The translations under genes and the position numbers were made by a program. Of a DNA stretch of 64,000 nt, positions 56,612-64,000 are shown in pieces. Source of the stretch: an uncultured Eubacteriales bacterium (GTDB lineage Bacteria; Actinomycetota; Coriobacteriia; Anaerosomatales; CAVRZR01); NCBI GenBank assembly GCA_964354215.1, contig CAYGYT010000002.1:19595-83594 (forward strand), given 5' to 3'. The stretch's first letter is position 1, and the number at the start of each line of letters is the position of its first letter. The notes below the pieces were generated by a model. It was not told the origin of the DNA. It ran no database searches and saw nothing but the letters and a program-made list of their open reading frames with translations.

Positions 56612-57717
56612 CCGCCGCAGCCGAGACAAGTAGGACGGGTAACATCGCTGAACTCATGCGTCTCGTCGGCGACATCGTGCCTCCGGATCCGGCGTGGGAG
56701 TCTGCGGCGTGGGAGAGGCTCGATGCCCTCACGAAGCCGCCACGAAGCCTCGGACGGCTCGAAGAGCTCGCGGCGCGAGTAGCGTGCGTTCAGAGAACGA
56801 CGCGCCCCGACGTTAGCAGAAAGCGCATCGTGCTCATGGCGGGAGACCACGGTGTGGTCGCCGAGGGAGTATCACCGTATCCCCAGGACGTGACGTGGCA
56901 GATGGTCGCGAACTTCGTTCGCGGTGGAGCTGCCATCAACCAACTGGCTGCCTCTGTTCGTGCCGAGCTCACGCTCGTCGACATCGGCGTCGCATCCGAC
57001 GTCTCGGCTCTCGACTGTGTCGTCCACGCCAAAGTCGCCCCGGGCACCGCCAACATCGCGATGGGGCCGGCGATGTCTGCCGAGCACGCCGTCGAAGCGC
57101 TCCTCACCGGCATCCGCCTCGCGCGCGAGGCCGCAGCTGAAGGTGTCTCCCTTCTCGGCACGGGGGAGATGGGCATCGGCAACACGACCGCAGCGACCGC
57201 GCTCACGTGCGCCTTCACCGGCGCGGACCCCGATGAAGCGACCGGTCGCGGCACCGGGCTGGACGACGCGGGGGTGCGGCACAAGTCCTCAGTGGTTCGC
57301 CGCGCGCTCAAGGCGAACGCCGGCGCGCTCGCCGACCCCTTTCACACCCTCGCGGCACTCGGCGGGTTTGAGATCGCGGGGCTTGCCGGCGTCATTCTCG
57401 GCGCGGCGTCCTCCGAGACCTGCGTCGTGGTCGATGGCTTCATCTCCGGGGCGGCCGCACTTGCGGCGGTGGCCCTGTGCCCCGCGTGCCTCGGCTACGT
57501 CTTTCCGTCCCATCGCTCTGCCGAGCGCGGGCACGCTCTCGTCCTCGAGCACCTCGGCCTCAACCCTGTTCTGGATCTCGACATGCGCTTGGGAGAGGGA
57601 ACGGGCGCAGCACTCGCCTTCGGCATCATCGATGCCGCGTGTCGAATGATGTCTGGAATGGCAACGTTTGCGGAGGCAGGCGTTTCCGATGCTCCCACCG
57701 ACCGGGCCGACGCGTGA
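56608..57717 (+). CDS. cobT: Nicotinate-nucleotide--dimethylbenzimidazole phosphoribosyltransferase
   Basis: LTKPPRSLGRLE, AGDHGV, GGAAIN, GEMGIGNTT, GRGTG, LGGFEI, DMRLGEGTGA. Confidence 0.96.
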   Translation: MTAAAETSRTGNIAELMRLVGDIVPPDPAWESAAWERLDALTKPPRSLGRLEELAARVACVQRTTRPDVSRKRIVLMAGDHGVVAEGVSPYPQDVTWQMVANFVRGGAAINQLAASVRAELTLVDIGVASDVSALDCVVHAKVAPGTANIAMGPAMSAEHAVEALLTGIRLAREAAAEGVSLLGTGEMGIGNTTAATALTCAFTGADPDEATGRGTGLDDAGVRHKSSVVRRALKANAGALADPFHTLAALGGFEIAGLAGVILGAASSETCVVVDGFISGAAALAAVALCPACLGYVFPSHRSAERGHALVLEHLGLNPVLDLDMRLGEGTGAALAFGIIDAACRMMSGMATFAEAGVSDAPTDRADA

Positions 57718-58484
57718 GCTCGACGCGTCCGCATCCGCTCCGCGACGTCGCGCTTGCGCTCTCGACGCTCACCGTAGTGCCGATGGGGGTGGCGTGGCCG
57801 GAAGGGGAGCGCACTGACGTTCCGGGCTACTACCCCTTTGTCGGCCTTCTCGTGGGCGCGTTCGCGTATGCGGTTCAGATGCTCTTCGCGATCCCCGGGT
57901 GGAACGTACGCGCTCCCCTGGTGGTCGCCGCCTGCATCGTCGCGCTTCTGGCTCTCTCGACACGAATGCTCCACTGGGACGGTCTTGGTGACGTCGCCGA
58001 CGCGTTCGGCGCTCACGACCGCGCACGGCGTCTCGAGATCATGGGCGACAGTTCGATCGGCGCCTTCGGCGTGACGGCTATCGCACTGTGCGTGGTGCTC
58101 CAGACCGCGTCGCTCGCTCAGCTGGTCGCTCCTGGCCGTGCCTGGGGGCTCGTGGCCGTACCCGTGTTCTCTCGGCTCGCGGCGACGTTCGCCGCCTGGT
58201 TCGGGAAGCCGGCACGAACGACCGGGCTCGGGGCGTCCGTCATCGGGGCGCCGAGGCCGGGTGCGCTGGTCCCCGTCGTGCTGACGCTTGCGCTCGTTGC
58301 TGTGCTGAACGTACTCGCGTGGAGCGTACCCGGGGTCGTGCTGACCGTTGTTGGGGTGGTGACGGCGCTCGTCGTGCCTCACCTGCTCGCGCTTCGATTC
58401 GGTGGTGTGACCGGGGACGTGATGGGCGCAAGCGTGGTCCTGGTGGAGACAGTACTGTTCGCCTTTCTCGCGCTCTGGTTGTGA
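57714..58484 (+). CDS. cobS: Adenosylcobinamide-GDP ribazoletransferase (cobalamin synthase)
   Basis: LHWDGLGDVAD, RRLEIMGDSSIGAFG, FGGVTGDVMGA; multi-TM. Confidence 0.93.
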   Translation: MSSTRPHPLRDVALALSTLTVVPMGVAWPEGERTDVPGYYPFVGLLVGAFAYAVQMLFAIPGWNVRAPLVVAACIVALLALSTRMLHWDGLGDVADAFGAHDRARRLEIMGDSSIGAFGVTAIALCVVLQTASLAQLVAPGRAWGLVAVPVFSRLAATFAAWFGKPARTTGLGASVIGAPRPGALVPVVLTLALVAVLNVLAWSVPGVVLTVVGVVTALVVPHLLALRFGGVTGDVMGASVVLVETVLFAFLALWL

Positions 58485-58487
58485 GCC

Positions 58488-59111
58488 ATGGAGACCCGCT
58501 TCCTCATCGTGCGCCACCCGGAGACCCTGGCCAACGCGACCGGTCGCTACGTCGGCCGGGGTGACGCGCCCTACACCGCGTTGGGTACGCAGCAGGCTGA
58601 GCTCCTCGTCTCGGAGGTAGTCAGCTGGAGACCGGAGCGGATCGCCTCAAGCCCGCTCAGGCGCACGCGCGAGGTGGCAGACGCCGCCGCGCGACAACTC
58701 GGCGTGTGCGCCGTGATCGACGAGCGTCTTACCGAGCTGGACTTCGGCCGGGCGGAAGGGATGACGCTTGCCGAAGTCACCGCGGCAGGACTCGAATTCG
58801 ACTTCGAGTGCGCCGAGGCCCCCGTCGCGCCGGGAGGTGAGTCTCGGCAGGACATCTACCTCCGCTCGGTGGCCTTCGCGCTCGAACAGGCACAGGTCGG
58901 CGGGACGCTTGCGGTCGTCACCCACGGCGGAGTGTTCCGTTCGCTTCTCGTCCACCTCCTCGGGCTGTCACTCGATTCAATCTGGTGCTTCGACATCCGT
59001 CCCGGACAGATCGCCGAGGTGCAACTGTCCGACGGTCACGGCACCCTGGTTGCCTTCCGCCGACCAGATGCCGAGGATCTGGCCACCGCCGAGGGCGAGC
59101 CGAACAGATAG
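58488..59111 (+). CDS. cobC: Histidine phosphatase, probably alpha-ribazole-5'-phosphate phosphatase
   Basis: VRHPET, SSPLRR, LTELDFG..EG, PGGES, VVTHGG; directly after cobS. Confidence 0.8.
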   Translation: METRFLIVRHPETLANATGRYVGRGDAPYTALGTQQAELLVSEVVSWRPERIASSPLRRTREVADAAARQLGVCAVIDERLTELDFGRAEGMTLAEVTAAGLEFDFECAEAPVAPGGESRQDIYLRSVAFALEQAQVGGTLAVVTHGGVFRSLLVHLLGLSLDSIWCFDIRPGQIAEVQLSDGHGTLVAFRRPDAEDLATAEGEPNR

Positions 59112-59259
59112 CCGTTCCGTCCGCCGAACGACCGCGCTTCCTCCCCGAGGCGCGCTTGCCGCTGCTAGTGCGACCTGCGACAATCCTCGGCAACCCTTCG
59201 CCCCTGGGAATTCCCGCACCCAGGAGCGCGAGGACCCAGCGAGGAACTGGACTCGTGCC

Positions 59260-60363
59260 GTGGAGCCTTGGGACACGCTCATACGCACCGAACTCGAGCC
59301 GATGGTTCCCTACGCTCCCGGCTTGAGGGGCAGCGAGGTGCGCGAACGGTGCGGTCGCGAGCTCATCTGCAAACTCTCGAGCAACGAGCACCCTGCGGGA
59401 CCGTTTTCCTCAGCCATCAGGGCCATGGAGGCCGTGCTTCCGCAACTCAACCGCTACCCCGACGGATCCTGCCGCGCAGTCAGGCGCGCGCTGTCTGAGC
59501 GGCTCCAGTTCCCGTTCGACAACATCGTGGTCGGCAGCGGGAGCAACGAGATCCTGAGGCTGATCGCGCAGGCGCTGCTTCGGCCGGGCGACGAGGTCGT
59601 CTTCGCATGGCCCTCCTTCATCGTCTATCCGATGGTTACCCAGATGTTCGGCGCCACCGCCGTGCGCGTGCCGCTCAAGGAAGGCGAGGTCCACGATTTG
59701 GAGGCGATGCGCGCCGCGATCACCGACAAGACACGCATCGTCTTCCTCTGCAATCCGAACAACCCGACCGGCACGATCTATCATCGCGACGAGTTCGAGC
59801 GCTTCCTCGAGCGCGTGCCGGAACACGTGCTGGTCGTCGCCGACGAGGCGTACTTCGAGTTCGTGACCGACCCTGACTACCCGGACACCCTCCGCTACCT
59901 CGACCTCGAGCGGCCGCTCGTCGCTTTGCGTACCTTCAGCAAGATCTACTCGCTCGCCGGCCTCCGTATCGGCTACGGGGTGATCCCGACGCCGCTCGCC
60001 CGCGCGATCGACAAGATCCGTGAACCCTTCAACGTGAGCACGGTCGCGCAGGTCGCCGCCTACTACTCGCTCGACGACGACGCCGAAGTCCGTCGTCGGC
60101 GCGACGAGAACCAGGAGCAGAAGACCTACCTGTATTCCTGCTTCGACCGGCTCGGCCTTGACTACATCCCGTCTCAGACGAACTTTGTCTACCTGAAGAC
60201 GGAACGGCCGGTGGAAGTGTTCGAGGCCCTCCTCTCAGAGGGCATCATCGCCCGCGATTTCGGGACCGCACCAGCCCTTCGTCTGGGCGTCGGTACACCT
60301 GAGGACACGCGGGCGACGATAGCCGCCTTCGACGTTGTCGCGGCCAAGCTGGGTACGCTCTAG
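59260..60363 (+). CDS. hisC: Histidinol-phosphate/aromatic aminotransferase
   Basis: KLSSNEHP, NRYPDG, GSNE, CNPNNPTG, DEAY, RTFSKIYSLAGLRIGY. Confidence 0.93.
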   Translation: MEPWDTLIRTELEPMVPYAPGLRGSEVRERCGRELICKLSSNEHPAGPFSSAIRAMEAVLPQLNRYPDGSCRAVRRALSERLQFPFDNIVVGSGSNEILRLIAQALLRPGDEVVFAWPSFIVYPMVTQMFGATAVRVPLKEGEVHDLEAMRAAITDKTRIVFLCNPNNPTGTIYHRDEFERFLERVPEHVLVVADEAYFEFVTDPDYPDTLRYLDLERPLVALRTFSKIYSLAGLRIGYGVIPTPLARAIDKIREPFNVSTVAQVAAYYSLDDDAEVRRRRDENQEQKTYLYSCFDRLGLDYIPSQTNFVYLKTERPVEVFEALLSEGIIARDFGTAPALRLGVGTPEDTRATIAAFDVVAAKLGTL

Positions 60364-60423
60364 TCGTCACCCCGCGCGGCCGACGACACCGACCGCGCAT
60401 ATGACGATGAGGAGTGACCGCAC

Positions 60424-61452
60424 ATGCTGGTAGTCATGAGGGACCACGCGTCCCAGTCCGAGATCGACCACGTCGTCGATCTGCTCACCGAGGCCGGCGC
60501 CCAGGCTCACCTCTCCCAGGGTGAGGTCAAGACCATCATCGGCGTCATCGGCGAGCGAGAGCTCATCTACTCGCTCGAACTCGAGGGACTCGCCGGCGTC
60601 GAGGAAGTCATCCGCGTTCTCAAGCCCTACAAGCTCGTGGGCCGGGACTTCCAACCGGAGGACACGGTGGTGCGCATCGGCGCCCATTCCGTCGTCGGCG
60701 GGGGAGCCCTCGCCGTGATCGCCGGTCCCTGCTCGGTGGAGTCGGAAGAGCAGATGGTGACCGTGGCGCGCGCAGTGGCCGCAGCGGGCGCGACGATGCT
60801 TCGAGGAGGCGCATACAAGCCGAGAACAAGCCCGTACGCCTTCCAGGGAATGGGCGAGGAGGGCCTCAAGCTGCTCCGTGGGGCCGCCAACGAGGCGGGA
60901 CTCCCCGTGGTGACCGAGGTGCTCGACGTCCGCGACGCCGAGAAGGTCGCCGAGTGGGCCGACGTGCTCCAGGTTGGCGCTCGTAACATGCAGAACTTCA
61001 TGATGCTCGAGGAGCTCGGCTCAATGGACAAACCGGTACTCATCAAGCGGGGCCTGTCGGCCACGATCGAAGAGGTGCTCTCCGCGGCCGAGTACGTGCT
61101 CAAGGGCGGGAACCGCGACGTCATGCTCTGCGAGCGCGGGATCCGCACGTTCGAGACGTACACGCGCAACACGCTCGATCTCGCGGCCGTCGCGGCGCTC
61201 AAGCAACTCACGCATCTGCCGGTCATCGTCGATCCCTCGCACGCCACGGGTCGACGAGACCTCGTGGCCGTCATGTCGCGGGCCGGCATCGTGGCTGGAG
61301 CGGACGGCATCATGGTCGAGGTCCACCAGGATCCCGAGCACGCGAAGTGCGATGGACCCCAGTCCTTGACCCCATCGGATTTCGAGGAGCTCATGCGGGG
61401 CGTTCGGCCACTCGTGGAGCTGTCCGGCAAGCACCTCGGCTGGGAGGAGTAG
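60424..61452 (+). CDS. aroF: DAHP synthase type I-beta with N-terminal regulatory domain
   Basis: IAGPCSVES, RGGAYKPRTSPYAFQG, QVGARNMQN, LCERGIRTFE, DPSHATG. Confidence 0.96.
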   Translation: MLVVMRDHASQSEIDHVVDLLTEAGAQAHLSQGEVKTIIGVIGERELIYSLELEGLAGVEEVIRVLKPYKLVGRDFQPEDTVVRIGAHSVVGGGALAVIAGPCSVESEEQMVTVARAVAAAGATMLRGGAYKPRTSPYAFQGMGEEGLKLLRGAANEAGLPVVTEVLDVRDAEKVAEWADVLQVGARNMQNFMMLEELGSMDKPVLIKRGLSATIEEVLSAAEYVLKGGNRDVMLCERGIRTFETYTRNTLDLAAVAALKQLTHLPVIVDPSHATGRRDLVAVMSRAGIVAGADGIMVEVHQDPEHAKCDGPQSLTPSDFEELMRGVRPLVELSGKHLGWEE

Positions 61453-61453
61453 C

Positions 61454-62644
61454 GTGCCTTCGATTCGCGGGGACATACCCCCGTCGCCAAACGAGAACCC
61501 GCCGCCATTCGGCACGATCATCGTCGTGGGGATAGGGCTCATCGGAGGGTCGTTTGCCGCGGCTGCGCGAACGCTCGAACCTCAGCCGCGCGTGTTCGGC
61601 GTGGACATCGACGCCGGTTCGCTCGCATATGCACTAGAACACGGCATCGTCGAGGAGGCCGCGCTTCCCGACGACGCGATCGATCGAGGCTGGTTCGCCG
61701 ATGGGAACGCGGACCTTGTCGTCCTCGCTACGCCCGCCGCGGTCGCCGTGGACTGGCTGGCCGTTCTCGCGGATGAGGGGTACTCGGGAGTTGTGACCGA
61801 CGTTGCATCAACCAAGAGCCGGGTCATCTCGGCTGCGAGCCGTCTGCTCGGGACCGGTGCGGCGTTCGTGGGCGGTCATCCTATGGCAGGCTCCGAGCGC
61901 AGCGGCGTGCAGGCCGCTGCCCCCGACCTGTTCGCCGGGGCGTACTACGTGCTCACGCCCACCGAGCGAACCGATGTGGACGCATACCAGCGACTTCACT
62001 CGTTCCTCACCGCTCTCAAGGCACGCGTCGTCTCGGTGGACGCGGCATCGCATGATGAGGCGGTGGCAATTGTGAGTCACGTCCCGCACGTAACCGCGGC
62101 TGCCCTGGTCGATCTCGCCAAGGCTCACGCGGGGAGCGGTGACGAGTTGCTGCGCCTCGCCGCCGGCGGATTCAAAGACACCACCCGCATCGCCGCAGGG
62201 AGCCCCGATCTGTGGACCGGCATATGCCTCGACAACGCTGAGGCATTGTCGCAGGGCATCGAGGAGCTTCGCCGCGTGCTGGGTGAATTCGAGCAGATGG
62301 TGCGCAGCGGCGATGCCGCTCGCGTGCGCGCATGGCTCGAACACGCCGCAGATGTCCGACGTTCGCTTCCCGCGAAGTGGGTGCCCGCCACCGAAGCCCT
62401 CACAGAACTGCTCGTGCCCATCCTCGACCGACCCGGTGTGGTGAGTGAGGTCACGACGGCCGTGAGCCGTGCAGGCTGCAACATCGAAAGCATCGAGATC
62501 GACCACCAGTCCGAGGACAGCGCGGTTCTCGTACTCGTGCTCACCGACGAGGGGGACATGACGTCGGTAGTCGCGGACCTCGAGGGACGCGGGTACCATC
62601 CCCGGCTCCAGCCGCTAGCAGCCCCGACACGGGAGGGATCCTAG
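61454..62644 (+). CDS. tyrA: Prephenate/arogenate dehydrogenase with C-terminal ACT domain
   Basis: GIGLIGGS, DVASTK, GGHPMAGSE, HDEAVAIVSHVPH, GGFKDTTRIA, DRPGVV ACT. Confidence 0.94.
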   Translation: MPSIRGDIPPSPNENPPPFGTIIVVGIGLIGGSFAAAARTLEPQPRVFGVDIDAGSLAYALEHGIVEEAALPDDAIDRGWFADGNADLVVLATPAAVAVDWLAVLADEGYSGVVTDVASTKSRVISAASRLLGTGAAFVGGHPMAGSERSGVQAAAPDLFAGAYYVLTPTERTDVDAYQRLHSFLTALKARVVSVDAASHDEAVAIVSHVPHVTAAALVDLAKAHAGSGDELLRLAAGGFKDTTRIAAGSPDLWTGICLDNAEALSQGIEELRRVLGEFEQMVRSGDAARVRAWLEHAADVRRSLPAKWVPATEALTELLVPILDRPGVVSEVTTAVSRAGCNIESIEIDHQSEDSAVLVLVLTDEGDMTSVVADLEGRGYHPRLQPLAAPTREGS

Positions 62645-63985
62645 GTGCAATTCGTGGCCACCAGGGCCGCAGGCCCACTCCGCGGTGAGCTGCGCGTCCC
62701 CGGCGACAAGTCGCTCTCGCACCGCGCCGTGCTCTTCTCGGCGCTTGCCGAGGGGACGTCGCGCCTCTCCGGCGTGCTCGACAGCGCCGACGTGCGCTCC
62801 ACGGTCGACGCCGTTCGCGCGCTTGGTGCGATCGTCGCCGAGCGAGACGCGGGTGTTTCGGCGCGTGCCCTCGACGTCGTCGGATGGGGCGAGCGCGGAC
62901 CCCGAGCGCCTCAGCATGCAATCGACTGCGGCAACAGCGGAACCACCGCGCGCCTGCTCCTCGGCGTGCTCGCGGGATGGCCGATCACGACCGTGCTCGA
63001 GGGCGACGCGTCGCTTTCGCGACGCCCCATGGAGCGTGTCACGACGCCCCTCGAGCAGATGGGTGCGAGCTTTCTGACGCGTGACGGGCGCCTGCCCGTC
63101 ACCGTACGGGGCGGGCGCTTGAGGGGCATCGACTACGAGAGCCCCGTCGCGTCCGCGCAGGTCAAGAGCGCCATCCTGCTCGCCGGACTGCGCGCCGACG
63201 GGCGCACGACGGTGCGCGAACCGAGCGCGAGTCGTGACCACACCGAGCGCTTGCTCCCGGCGTTCGGCGTGCACATCGGCCGCGACGAACGCACCCACGC
63301 CGCGTGGGTCGAAGGCCCACGCATCCTGCGCGCCCACGACTTCGTTGTGCCGGCGGACCCTTCCTCGGCTGCGTTCCTGGTCGTCGCAGCGCTCCTCGTA
63401 CCGGGCAGCGAAGTCGCGCTTCCCGAAGTCGCCCTCAACCCGACGCGTTCTGGGTTCCTGCGCGTGCTCGAGCGCATGGGCGCGGACGTCAGCATCATGC
63501 CCGTCGCGCGCTCCGCTGCGGTAGGCGCGGAAGAACCGGTCGGCACGGTCGTGGCGAGGAGCGGAGCCGCTCTCCACGCCACGACCATCTCGCCTGCGGA
63601 GGTGCCCTCCCTTGTCGACGAGGTCCCGATACTGGCTCTCGCGGCTACCCAGGCCGACGGCACAACCCGGTTCGACGGCATCGGCGAGCTCCGGCTCAAG
63701 GAATCGGACCGGCTCTCGGCTATTGCCGAAGGACTTGCGGCGCTCGGGGCGAGCGTCCGATGCGGTGAGGACTGGCTCGAGATCTCCGGTCGAACGCCGC
63801 TGCATGGTGCGAGCCTCGACAGCCTCGGCGACCATCGACTCGCCATGACCTGGGCTGTGGGCGGTCTCATCGCCGAGGGAGCCATCACGATCGAGCGATT
63901 CGACGCAGTCGGTGTGTCGTACCCCGCGTTCGCTGACGACCTAGCGCGCATGTCAGGAGTGAGGCCCGACTACCCGGCGTCGTAG
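62645..63985 (+). CDS. aroA: 3-phosphoshikimate 1-carboxyvinyltransferase
   Basis: PGDKSLSHR, DCGNSGTT, LSRRPM, SAQVKS, RDHTER, LRLKESDR, DHRLAM. Confidence 0.97.
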   Translation: MQFVATRAAGPLRGELRVPGDKSLSHRAVLFSALAEGTSRLSGVLDSADVRSTVDAVRALGAIVAERDAGVSARALDVVGWGERGPRAPQHAIDCGNSGTTARLLLGVLAGWPITTVLEGDASLSRRPMERVTTPLEQMGASFLTRDGRLPVTVRGGRLRGIDYESPVASAQVKSAILLAGLRADGRTTVREPSASRDHTERLLPAFGVHIGRDERTHAAWVEGPRILRAHDFVVPADPSSAAFLVVAALLVPGSEVALPEVALNPTRSGFLRVLERMGADVSIMPVARSAAVGAEEPVGTVVARSGAALHATTISPAEVPSLVDEVPILALAATQADGTTRFDGIGELRLKESDRLSAIAEGLAALGASVRCGEDWLEISGRTPLHGASLDSLGDHRLAMTWAVGGLIAEGAITIERFDAVGVSYPAFADDLARMSGVRPDYPAS

Positions 63986-64000
63986 CTCCGCCTCCACGGA

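Noticed and set aside
59112-59259. Attenuator or leader peptide before hisC-aroF-tyrA-aroA
   Set aside because: No aromatic-rich leader ORF or T-box; only a terminator-like hairpin and short CCTCG/CGAGG complementarities expected by chance at this GC content.

Overview
A high-GC bacterial chromosome segment, densely coded and almost entirely on the + strand. The only clear minus-strand genes are a disulfide oxidoreductase and tRNA-Asn. By inference it comes from a deep-branching actinobacterium such as Coriobacteriia: SigA has an Ala/Pro/Lys-rich N-terminal extension, several mRNAs look leaderless, and the gene order is Firmicute-like. Contents in order: (1) dnaJ(3' end)-rsmE-mtaB-phoH-HD protein-ybeY-dgkA/PAP2-hlyC/corC-cdd-era-deoC-recO-glyQ-glyS-ppsR-ppdK-hypothetical-dGTPase-hppA-dnaG-rpoD; (2) tRNA-Asn, tRNA-Ile(CAU) with a decayed duplicate of its 3' half about 400 bp downstream, a PASTA-amidase, galE, tRNA-Val, an AlaX fragment, a disulfide oxidoreductase and an ABC-F protein; (3) an 11-gene complex I operon, nuoABCDH-I*-JKLMN, with no nuoEFG, whose NuoI carries a ~500-aa GltD/DsrL-like FAD/NAD(P)H/Fe-S module inserted in a loop (the top candidate for a novel system); (4) a sigma-28-type promoter driving a probably leaderless FlgM-like gene, a small membrane protein and an orphan MshEN-PilB ATPase; (5) deoB-pdp-CBS/tRNA nucleotidyltransferase-site-2 protease-two unknown genes-trpS-scpA-scpB-rluB-cobU-cobT-cobS-cobC-hisC-aroF-tyrA-aroA. 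No CRISPR array, transposase or integrase was seen. All assignments come from reading motifs by eye and no database searches were run. Several start codons were adjusted from the ORF track using RBS position and family N-termini.
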